A stretch of DNA of 64,000 bases from Botryllus schlosseri. Its lineage: Eukaryota. How positions within the stretch are numbered: the stretch's first letter is position 1; each line of letters starts with the position of its first letter. Under the pieces are notes generated by a model. It ran no database searches. It worked only from the letters and a program-made list of their open reading frames with translations, and was not told the DNA's origin. The stretch lies in the NCBI GenBank assembly GCA_051294905.1, contig CM119371.1, positions 37,450,001-37,514,000 of the forward strand, written 5' to 3'. Shown here in pieces: positions 53,222 through 64,000 of the stretch. Both the position numbers and the translations under genes were made by a program.

Positions 53222-56200
53222 CTACGAACAGAACTCGCAGAGAAATCCGGCGGGTGTGTCGGTTGGCGTCTGATAACAATCTTGGAAATAGAAGTTGCTC
53301 ATTGAACCGTCATCGTAGTACCCGCACGAACGGACTCCTCCCAGGGTCAGATAGTCTGGCGCAGTAAATGTCGCGCTGATGGCACTGTTCCATTTCGCAC
53401 CAGCCCCTGTCGCTGGCCCGTCAGAGTCGGTGAGGCCGACCCAGAACGTGTCGGAGCTAATGCCTATAGTATTGACCACTGCACTGCAAAAATAAAAACG
53501 CATTAATGAGGCTTTGGGATGAATCGACAGACGCTTCTAAACTTGAGTACTGCTCTCAGTACGCTGTAAATCCAAATCGTGTATTTCGCCGATTTTTTAC
53601 CCTAGCATATGATGTAAATCAGGTTAAAACACTTTAATGTTCCCAATGTCTGCTGTCACGCCCTTATGAATAGGTGAAAATGAGTAAGATACACCAATTC
53701 TTATGGAGATATATCCCAGCGATGTTCCCGTGTAACATCTCATAACATACAAAAGCGGTGGAACACGAACAGAGAACTCACTATTCCCTCAGAGAACTCA
53801 CTAATATATCTCCATAGGGATTGGTGCACTTGTCCCATTTTCACTCTTTGGAAAGGGCGTGCATGCACGATTTCGTACCTGAAAGTGTCTTTGACCTGAT
53901 TTACAGCCCACACTATGGTGAAAATATAATAAATAGCCTACACCTAGTTTGCACCCACTGGTTTACAATGTTCTACATTCATTGAAGAAAAAGTTGCCTT
54001 GCCTAGAGTCATCTTCAAAAATTCAGTGACTTGACTTGCATCAAAATGTGCGGTGAATTGACTCGAGTCACCTTCAAAATCGAACTTGATTTGACTCGAG
54101 TCAGAATGTGCAATCGATCGATATGACTAGTGAGTCGAAGGTAGTGACACAATCTAGTATACGTCAGAGAGAAACTGGAAACTCACGACAATCCGCCAGC
54201 ATCTTGGATCTGTCGAAACGCGAGCTTCGAATCGCACGACATCTGACATTTGGCGTTCGCGTCGTTCCAGCTCAGCCGGTCTTCGAACAGGTAATACTGG
54301 CACGTGCCCACCGGCGTCCACTTAGTACAAGGATTCTGCAAAGGATTGGCCGTTACGCGCGGCCGTCGAGTCACTTGTGGTACACTCTTTGGTCTTAGCA
54401 AATGGACCGCGAATTCACATCCGCAAGGTGGCAACACGAAAACAGAGCCTAGCCTACTTCAAAATTCAGACTTGGGGTGTCGATTAAATATTGCGCCGGA
54501 TTTGTGAGAGACTGAACAGCATTTCCTTATTCGCGTGTTTCAATGTAAGCACGAGTTCAATCAGTGGTTCCTGACTTTCACAGACGCACTAACCCGGCTT
54601 AGCGCAGCTCCAAATTGTTACAGAGTCATTAAAACAAAACTCTACTACAATATACCTAACCCATAAGATATCTAATAAATTACCATAGATCGATGGTGGA
54701 CAATCTGAACTGTGCAACAAAAGAGTGTTAAAAATCGAATCCGTTTAAATATAATACCACGCAAAATGAAAATAATAATGAATATTAGATGAAAATCATT
54801 GTGACTTCTATGTTCCCGTTCAAATACCAGTTCAGAAATCAGAGTCTTCAACTTGTAAAGTGTCATCGTATTGTTCGTCCGAAACGCAACAGCTTGATAC
54901 CAATTGCCTGATACTAGGTCAAGTTTTTGTTGCAGTCAAATCCGTGGAAAGTTTCACTTATTTTTCACAAAAGTTCCACTAAAAAGTTGCATTTAGGGAC
55001 AAGTTCCTTGAAATTATTACGGTATGAGACGTTGGCGTAGTTCCGTATCAAAGGCACTGTAGCAAACCTAAATGTTGACGACTTCCAGAAAATCAATAGC
55101 CTGAAAAAGTTGGTCCGGTGAATATATAATTTTTGGCGGTCCAGCCTGCATGTACTTCAAATAAGAAAGGACCTCAAATTTAAACCACAGTGAAATGATC
55201 AAGCGATCTATTTACATATAGTAAAAATTATCTCCAGTAATAAGTTTGTTGTGTAGAAAATCGAAAAAACTTGCAAAAATTGCATGAAAAAATGAAGATT
55301 CCTCCAAACAGCTTCAAACAACACACTACATATCCTCTTATATCTCTCGTATTGATGCATCCCAGGAGGTATCAATTGTCGACAGAACTAGCATTTTTCC
55401 GAAACATGGGATAACAATTATAGTATTGATATGAAAATGCGACACTAACCCTTTGTCTACTAGAAGACGTCGTTTTAAAGAATATCATGTCATGGCCCCT
55501 TACGCCATATTATAAGGCCCCAAGTTCAGGCAAGGATAAAATATGCAAAAGTTGTATCTTATACGGTTTCAACACTTCGGGCGATTAGTATATGTTGATA
55601 ACAAATATTGTGGATCGTAGAATTTATATTTAGTGTGGCTTTATTTTCTGAAAATAGAGGCATTACCGCACTTGCTTTTATGCTTCAACTCAACATGTAT
55701 GTTCTGGAGACGCAAGAACTGAAAGTAATTAGAACTCAATGTATGATACTCGGAATTGAAAGCGAAATATAAATACCACTTCTGAAAAGCGGAAATATAT
55801 TTCATGTCTTTTGTCCATAAAGCTTCAATGATGATCTGCTAAAACAGGTGTAGCGTTAAAAAAACAGACTTTCCAGATTAGCAGGACACGTCATTGGCTG
55901 CAAGATTACGATATGAGAGGTAAGTGCTAGATTGCGAAACGGCAGTTTCAAACATTATTGTGAACCATATTTACTGTGATGATATATTTGATATGGGCGA
56001 CAATGCGGTGTGAGCGGAACCAAGCAATCCGGTACCTAATTATATTTACTGATGCTTTCGTGAGAACATATTTGTCACTACATAACTACTGTGCGCGAAG
56101 CGCAACAAAATTTCTGGGCTTTACCAGACTTTTATGAATATTAAATGTTAGTACTCCGTGAAAACAGCCCCGAAATTCCTCAGGTTATCTTTCGTACTGG

Positions 56201-57427
56201 GGGTTTAAGTTACTTCTACTTGACAAACTGAAAATAGCGAAAAGTAAGTAAGTAGATCACAAAATATTACCAAGTAGAAGTAGAAGTAGAGAAAATCATA
56301 TCTACTTGAGTAAGTACCAGAAGTAAGGGATACTACTTGAGTACTTCCAAAAAGTAGAAGTAATTCATTACTGAACAGTACTCTGTACTCTGGTTGAATG
56401 TGCCTTGACCTCCACGGAACCCCTGAGACTGGTTCATGTTACCCCTAGTGTTCGGTGGAACACTTGTTTCGAAACATTGGTTCAAGCCAATCATCATTAT
56501 CAATCGGCGTTTGTTTTAGCTGTATATATATTCAATCTCTAACTTTATTCACTTGGATATACTTTGCGGAAGAGACGGTTCTGATTGAATCATGGTTAGC
56601 GTTACCATACGTCCTCTGTCCTCTTTTTTGACTTTTTTGAAAGTGTCCAACTGTCCTCTTTCTTGAGATTTTGTACTCTTATTTTAGAATTTTGGTTAAA
56701 TATAGGGAGAAATTAGACTGAGATACAGTAAATCAGCAGTGAAGTAACGCTCCGGCGGCTATTTCGGGAGGTGAGCCGAGAAGTTGACCTTTTTCTTAGT
56801 CAACCGACCACGAAGTGGGGAGAATCTACTGTTTTTTAGGATTTTCTTCCGGTATTGCAAATCTTGAAAATTTTAAAAAGTGTCCTATTTTCAGATTCCC
56901 AAAATATGGTAACCCTATTCAAGGTGTAAATCATTGTTATAAATACTACGGTCCTTCGTTCCTTCTTAGGAAACTCACGGTTATTCTGATTTGTCAAGCT
57001 TCGACTTATAAAAAATATTTTGCTAGATTTATACAGCGGTATATAGGCTATCTGAGGTAGGTTTTGTTTTCGTGTAGCACCTTCTGGATGTGAATAGCCA
57101 CTCATTTCAGTTGGAGTGTAGCAACCCACCTGTGCAGGTAGTGTCGTGTCCGTGGTCACGTATGGTCGTGTAGTTGTCACTGTGGTCTCTGAGTCATCTA
57201 TCGTAGTGGTCGTTGTAATTTCTTCGACTTGGAACTCTGACAAAGAATATTATTGAAACCTCACTCGAGCTGAAGATTAGCTATTTCTTACCTCCGAGGT
57301 ACCACATAATAATTCTGTAGATGGCCAAGATTTCTGTGATGTCACGCCTGGGTGCCTCGATGGGTGGAGGGATGTGCGGGGTGAGGGGAACTTGGGAATC
57401 TAGCGGAACGAGGTCGTCGTCCAATTG
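53222..57427 (-). CDS. C-type lectin-like protein, divergent paralog 3 (5' exons not resolved)
   Basis: Minus-strand exons 57427-57292, 57236-57130, 54335-54187 and 53483-53222, GT-AG, 654 nt in frame, phases 1,0,2 as in the paralogs. Pro-rich and Thr-rich exons, then NPCTKWTPVGTCQYYLFEDRLSWNDANAKC, FWVGLTD and FLCEFCS. Confidence 0.82.
53595..53924. mobile_element. Degenerate foldback MITE in the last intron of lectin paralog 3
   Basis: Inverted arms, e.g. TGTAAATCAGGTTAAAACACTTT with AAAGTGTCTTTGACCTGATTTACA, and TATGGAGATATAT with ATATATCTCCATA. Confidence 0.6.
56597..56917. mobile_element. hAT MITE (TAGGGTTACCATA family)
   Basis: Termini TAGCGTTACCATA and TATGGTAACCCTA. TSD ATCATGGT/TTCAAGGT (6/8). 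Interior similar to 52123-52535. Confidence 0.75.
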
Positions 57428-58372
57428 CTGCGAAACAAACAAGTCGAATCACGCACGAAGAGTTTAAGGCCCTGACCGCAAATGATAAAGTCACTGGCGT
57501 CATGGCAGTACATTGTACACTGGTGGGGTTCTTATTCTATTGCAAGTTAACTTAAGGTTTAAAGTTATTGTTAGCGAGATCACTGATGAAAATTAGAAAA
57601 ATAAAATCCAATGAAGTAACTTGACCTACAGCTGCGGTGTGATATGCTTCACGCGCGCGTTATCGACTTCTCACTTTGCCTTTGGCTGATGACATTGCCC
57701 ATTTACGCCGGGCCGCTATCATTTATTACGATTGCTGAACTATCGACTCCTAGCACGACGCGCTTTTGTACACACCGCCGACGCGGATCGGATGACCTTA
57801 AACGCATTCTCCTGTCAATAAGTATTCACTGATATGCGCCCCGGCGCATCAGATCACAACGATGCATGAGAATTAAATCACTCCTTTTACGAGACCCCGA
57901 CCAACTCTTCACAACGAATCGAAACGACCAAGTCTGTTCTGGAATCTGTTCCACAATAACAACTATTTTAGATGTTTCCATATTTTGTTGTCTCGAGCGT
58001 GCAACACATCTCCTGATCGTCATGTTTTAGTTTTAGCGGAAATCAGGTACGTCCTTTGGAATTGCTCTCAGCCGGTCATGCATTTTCGGATAAATTCCGT
58101 TTGATGTCGTCGGCCTTGAACCAGTATGGCATCACAAGCGCAGCATACGCGATAGAGCAAGCATGTGATTACAGGCGTGCTCGATTATCATAATACCACT
58201 GAGCAGTAGACGTCGAAAATCCCCAGTTAGCGTACAAAAGAATTACAACAGCAATTGATGGCAATGATTGTAACAATCGCAGTGATAGTAACAATCGCAG
58301 TGTTGCCAATGAGCTAAGGAAAATTGATGATACAATCTGCATTCCAAAAAGACTATAACAAATGGGTATATT

Positions 58373-58670
58373 TAGGGTTGCATTCAAACAAAGGCCTTTT
58401 TGAAAAACAAAAACAAAATTGTGTTTACGATATGGGATGGTTGGAACCGTCAAAATAGTCGGTTCAGCAGCTATAGTACGTAGATATTTCGTCAATGGAG
58501 CTAAATTCACCCTATATTTTTTATTGTCAATGTCAACCCACTATGACGTCACAATTGAAGATACGCGACGTCATGTCCTAAAAACAACAACATTAAAAAC
58601 ATGTTTTAAATATGGGCCTTGTTCTAAACGTGTTTGTTTTAAATTGATTTTTGCAATAAATGCAACCCTA
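58373..58670. mobile_element. hAT MITE (TAGGGTTGCATT family)
   Basis: TIRs TAGGGTTGCATT and AATGCAACCCTA. Perfect 8-bp TSD GGTATATT. Right halves of the family also end at about 18622 and 31693. Confidence 0.88.
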
Positions 58671-60436
58671 GGTATATTACTTCATGTAATGTTTTTACAA
58701 GTGCTTATGTTCCCCACCAGAAACGACAGAATTTCCAACCGTTTGGATACACTGATTCACTTGATATACACGCTACGCTATGATGGAAATCTAATAAATA
58801 TACTTATATGCCATCCAAGGACTTATAGTGTAGAAAATGCACAAAGGTCTGATCAATGATTATTGCGGTGTTGGGTGCTGATAAGCGTCAGTGCCACGAG
58901 AAATACGAATATTCTGCCAAACAGTGGAATTTTGATGATGGACTTCAAGTTTTCTCGTATCCTTTCTATCTTTCCATTTTATCGCAGTCTAAATTTATAA
59001 ATATGATATTTACTCGACTGAAACGATGGTTTTCGTCAATCATAGAGTCGTCATTTTGTCGCATATACTCAGTTACTCACTCTACTGAAACTTGGTTCAT
59101 TTCCCGCCGCTCCTTGCTGTCCGTTGACGGCAACTGCGAAAAGATCATCGTTAAATAGTTTCCAGTAAATACGGTGTCACTAAAGTAATATGCAGCAGTA
59201 TAGTTATGAAGTAATTAGGCTGTACGGGACTGTTACCCTAAATTTTTTTTTATTGGACATCATCTCCTTAGCATAGTTGGCTTGCTGTCAGTAGGCTATA
59301 CTACAGATGCGATGTTTTGTATGGTCGCTAGTTGTTGCTTTGAGGCTGTCGTCGGTTATGAAGTGTCCTTCCTAACCACAGGCGATCACTATTTTAAAAC
59401 CTAATGGTACGACATAACTTGGTTTGCTATATTGTGATACTTCTTCGCTTACGCCATTTGTTGTAAGATATATCAACCTTCATCAATATACCTCCATTTC
59501 TCAGGTTTGGGTCGGGGGATTCGTGTTTAATTACGAAATTGCAAATAATGACGCACCTTGTTAGGAGCGATTACGCATGCATATGCAAACGGGATATTTC
59601 CGTGCTATGACAGAATTTTTGGTTGTGTAAGCAATGTTGCAGTAGAAAATTCAGAATACCGAAAAAATCATGAAGGTCGAAACAGAATCTTACCGAACGC
59701 TAGCAAGAAAATAAATCCTTCGCAGCAGAACTGCCCGTTCATGATTCTTCAGAATGCAAGCAAGTTATAATCTAAAAATAATCGCTCGCGTTTAACAAGA
59801 AAGCGTTCTTAAGTTTGCAAACTATCTGGATAAGCTTGTCAATGGAAACGTGAACGAAATTGACGATTTCAACAGCTGCTAAATCTGCAATCCGGTGGAA
59901 GGACCTGTTTCATGATATTAGCTAACTAGGGAAGCCGGCACCTGCTTGGAGAACTAACGAAACTCCGAAATGATACCGGGGGAGGGAACTGAATCTCGGC
60001 AGATTCCCGTCTCGCCCAAAGGCGTGTCGACTCGATTATGTGCGGGGTATAATTGTAAACAAATCTGTCGTGAGAGAGGGTTGGTGTCGAATCGCGATAA
60101 AGCGCCTATAAGTGAACTTAATTTGCACGCTTATTAACAAACACCTGACGCTCGTAATAAAGCCAACCTGACAGCCGATAGGGTTTCCTATGATTTTTTT
60201 CCGTTTAAGAGGAGAGGCTCAAATATCAATCTCTTAGGAAATATCATAAAACAACACAGATGAATTTTATATGTGTGCACATCTTGCACAACATTAGATT
60301 GAACATGCTTGAGAATTTGACAGTCATCAATCGATTGCGTGGTGATTGCTATGCTCGTGTGTAGAAGACGGTCCGATACTGGATAATATCTAAAATACGA
60401 CACTTGTATATAGACATTATTGATTGTCATCCTATA

Positions 60437-61813
60437 GGGGAGACCGGGGACAAATGTAACTAGGGGCAAATGTAACAATCGACCTCACCGCTAGTAGGAT
60501 GGAGAAATCAGCTTGATATTTTAAGTGCGCATGCAGTAGTTATCTCTCCTATTATACCTGGAGTTACGTTGAGCTACGATGCGAAACCCCGGAATAATTT
60601 GCAAAAAACGAAATTTTTGACCCCTGAGTAAAGTTTTTCTGGTCTGGAATAATTTGTCTAGACGAATAGTACCTCAAGTAGTTACAACGTAATATGTGTA
60701 GCTGGAACAATGTTGCTATAGTCTACCGTGGTGATGGAAAGAATAGGACTTGCATCGCCGGGAAGGTACCATACTGAGACGCTAATCATGGTCGAGAGTG
60801 TCAGGGGCAATCGTAACACTCTGTTACTTTTGCCCCGTTACAATATGTCATCAATTCTGAATGTCTCTGTTCTATGTTGGTATTACCATTCATCTATACT
60901 GCAGAATAATCTTGCAACAGCCAGAAGTTCAACAGAACAGATACTGCCTTGCGATACCAATTCTAACATGATCATCTGGCGAAACGGCCATACAATAGTG
61001 TTGAAGTGAATCTGACGGTTCGGTTATTTTCGTGATTCAACAACCCTTTATCATGTTGATCGACTTTTGGTGTGTCGAACTTCAATAGTCATGGCTTAAA
61101 TCTCGTCCTCTGACTATGATCATGGCCCACTTACATTTTGATATTTGATGTGAACAATTTATGTTAATTTTCTACAGCACAGATAAATGTCATTATAGCT
61201 TTGACGCCACACAATGTTGCGTCCTCGTTTTACTATAATATCATCGGCCCATTCAACCAAGATATGTTAGCCAGGTCGGTTTCGCACCTTCGCAGGTGAC
61301 CGAATGACCAACCCATTATGCCCACTGAACAACAGAATCTTGGTAGAAGAGGCCGAATATGTGTAGGGAGATGATAGAATGAATGTGTCTCTTGTACACT
61401 TTAAGCTTGAACAAGACACGAAGGGTGATATTGCATTCAGATGACATAAATGCGGTGGGGCGTAGCCTGGAAGCGTTCAAACGTCTCTTTCTTTAGTTTC
61501 ATACAATATTACAATTTGTGCTTTCGTGTTCGTTGTTCATTTAGTTTCTGTTTGGTTATAAATAACACTGTTACAATTGCCCCGCAAGGGTGGTACAATT
61601 GCCCCAGGGCACGGGGCGATTGTAACATTTGAGCAGCAATTTTTGCGACCCAAAATTTCCATGATTGATTGTTGATTGAGTTCCAATTTAGTTTTCATAT
61701 CAACTATCGAGTTGTTGGCTTCTTTATATAAAACTTTGGAAGTGAAATTTCCACGAGAAAAACACGTAATGTTGGAAAATACGAAAAGTGTTACAATTGT
61801 CCCCGGTCTCCCC
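60437..61813. mobile_element. pogo-like (Tc1/mariner superfamily) non-autonomous element
   Basis: 24-bp TIRs GGGGAGACCGGGGACAAATGTAAC and GTTACAATTGTCCCCGGTCTCCCC. TA TSD on both sides. Internal GGGGCAA.TGTAAC repeats. Confidence 0.88.
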
Positions 61814-62681
61814 TACATTCAGCGCTCATACATGAGATGGACTCCGACTCTCAAATATCGGAATCCGAATGGGTTCGTCTCGGGGTGCTAATTTGAATTC
61901 GGATTCTGAAAAAATATCACTGTTGTTCCACAAATGTAGAGTCCGGAATAATCCGGCAAGGATCCGGGAAATCCTGCTAGACTTCCGCATTTCAGCGGAA
62001 GAATTCTGTTAAAATCAGTATTTCAAGACGAAGTCAATATCCGAATTCTGTCAGGCTACGATAAAACAAACAAATTCTGGTTCATGAACAGGGTCGTGAT
62101 GACCTCTGATGGTTGAGACACTTTCATATTCCTGATGCCAATGATATCTGTATGTGTAACCAGGTAGGTATCCAGGTTGATAGGCGCTAGTGCTGGGCGG
62201 ATCGACAAATGTCCTGGTCCGACTCCAATCATGTTGCTTCAAAAGGGAATACGGCTCAGATCCGACCCCGGTCGCATCTAGAAAAGGTAAGGATCCAGCT
62301 AAGATGCTGCTCCGGCCAAAAATTCAAAATTCCTGCTTACATCCGCCCCAGTTCCGGCTCAGCTCTATTACGCCGGTAGTGTTATTTAAAGGGAAATCTG
62401 GTTATAACACGATTCCGGACGTATCATGAAAAGTATGAATCCGGTTCAGATTTAGCTCCGGCTCAAAGTTGAAGATCGGTGTGATTATGCTGTTCCCTTT
62501 CAGATACCAGTTCAGAAATTCAAGGCATTACCTCGGAAAGGGCCATTGTATTGTTCGGCGTCACAGCATGATACCGATTACTTAATTAAAAATGAGCTGA
62601 CATTTCAAAAAGACTGGGGTTGCTTGTCGAACCACAGTCTACCCCGTGTGCGCCACTGCACACGAACTGCCACCTGATCAA

Positions 62682-62960
62682 TTGTTGTTGTTGTCTGTGG
62701 TATTCATGGTGTTTTTCGACTACCATGGCCATCTACACCAGGCCAATTTTCTTCATTTTTATTCCGTAGATGCCGAGTTGTAGCACGGGCAACTTCTAGG
62801 ATTTTCTAAGACACCGCTTGCACGGATGAGATGGCGAGGAGGAGTCTAGGTAAACCTCCAACACTTATACAGGAGTTCTCGAGTTGACCTCGGTCGGCCT
62901 CGAACCCGCAACCCATCGGCGTTGCAGCAGTGGTTTATACCACTACGCTATCTCACCACC
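62682..62960 (-). mobile_element. tRNA-derived SINE family A, full length
   Basis: Minus strand: TAGCGTAGTGG (A box), CTGCAAC, GGTTCGAGGCC (B box), conserved body, stem-loop TGGTGT...ACACCA (62707-62740) and a (CAA)n tail. Confidence 0.88.
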
Positions 62961-64000
62961 CACCGCTACAGTAAAATTCGACTACTGCTCGCTCCCAATT
63001 ACCTGCAATCAATGATGACCAAGACGGGCGAAATCATATGTACGAGTCGAGTTTGTGTATTTACGTCCACGAAACCCCCGTGACTTGCTCACGCAACACC
63101 TATCGTTTTATTGAACACAAGTTTAAACCACTGTGTTAGTATCTTCCCTCCAACCTTTGTATATGACTAGTTGCTTAATCCGTGACAAAATTGTTCCATT
63201 GTTCGTTCCGTGGTGTTTGTTTGTTTGAGGTATTTATGATGTTTGTTGACTACACCGGTCATTTGCATTTGGCATATTTTCTGAATTTTTTTATTCCGTA
63301 TCTGTCGACTTGTAGCACGGCCTACTTTTAGGCTTTTTGTAAGACACCGCTTACGTGATGTGGTAGCTTATATCATATTTGACATTACTGACTTATTTGA
63401 AGATATATTAGATTTGAATTGCATTGGACATTTAACCTTTATCATGGAGGTTCTACTAAGACGGAGCTGGACGGAGTCATCGTGGCCAAGTCCCAGCTTC
63501 TTGACGAAGAAAAAGTTCGATCGGCTGGGGGCGCTATTCTCAGAATGCTATTTTCAGCTCATTTGAATACCGGATTGACAAGCCGATTGTCTTTGTATGT
63601 AGAAATAACGACAAATTTTGTACAGTTTTTATCAGTGACGACTCACCTGTTCTTTACAATGAAGAAGAACCTAACGGATATAAGCAGAAATGAATTAAAT
63701 TACGATATATCATTCCATTTGATGCATCCTGATAGATATAGCTTCCAACAATAAAAGCTGCAGGTCTTCATGACATGCGCTGCTGGCGTGTTTCTATATG
63801 GTGGTAGTCTCGCGATAAATGTAACAGCAGCCATCGTCCTCTGTCCGAGCTGAATATTCTAACGGGTTCTGAAGACATCAGATCAGATCATCAACAATTG
63901 GGATCTAGGCTTCTCTCCATCCCCGTGATCCGCGCATATACGGTGTCTTGTAAACGCCTAGGAGTGGGCCGTGCATCGTTTTTTATGCGGTAGACAGTAA

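Noticed and set aside
57430..58030. Candidate 5' exons of lectin paralog 3 (e.g. KHITPQL near 57630-57650)
   Set aside because: I could not assemble a stop-free, phase-consistent model with convincing splice sites and a signal peptide.
59837..60173. Possible solo LTR (TGTCA...TGACA with AATAAA)
   Set aside because: The flanks do not form a 4-6 bp TSD.

Overview
Eukaryotic (animal) genomic DNA, about 60-65% AT by eye, with short GT-AG introns and a very high density of small transposons. It is compatible with a marine invertebrate such as a tunicate, but the species cannot be fixed from the sequence. Coding content: one single-exon ANKLE2/LEM4-like gene (5611-8076, +); a cluster of three paralogous multi-exon genes ending in an atypical 8-cysteine C-type lectin domain (35483-36645 +, 48783-51763 +, and 53222 to at least 57427 -); and two decayed 3' fragments of RNase H-containing non-LTR retrotransposons. 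The rest is non-autonomous DNA transposons (mostly hAT-type with 8-bp TSDs, plus P-like, pogo-like and foldback elements), two tRNA-derived SINE families, a solo LTR and several segmental duplications. Most notable: (1) a Penelope-like or retrozyme-like family carrying a minimal type I hammerhead ribozyme with a possible 7-bp pseudoknot, best seen at 40715-41013 as a 117-bp inverted repeat inside a 13-bp target-site duplication; (2) two SINE families with related tRNA heads but different 3' stem-loop tails, each tail matching one of the two LINE fragments in this window. All calls were made by eye, without database searches or folding calculations.
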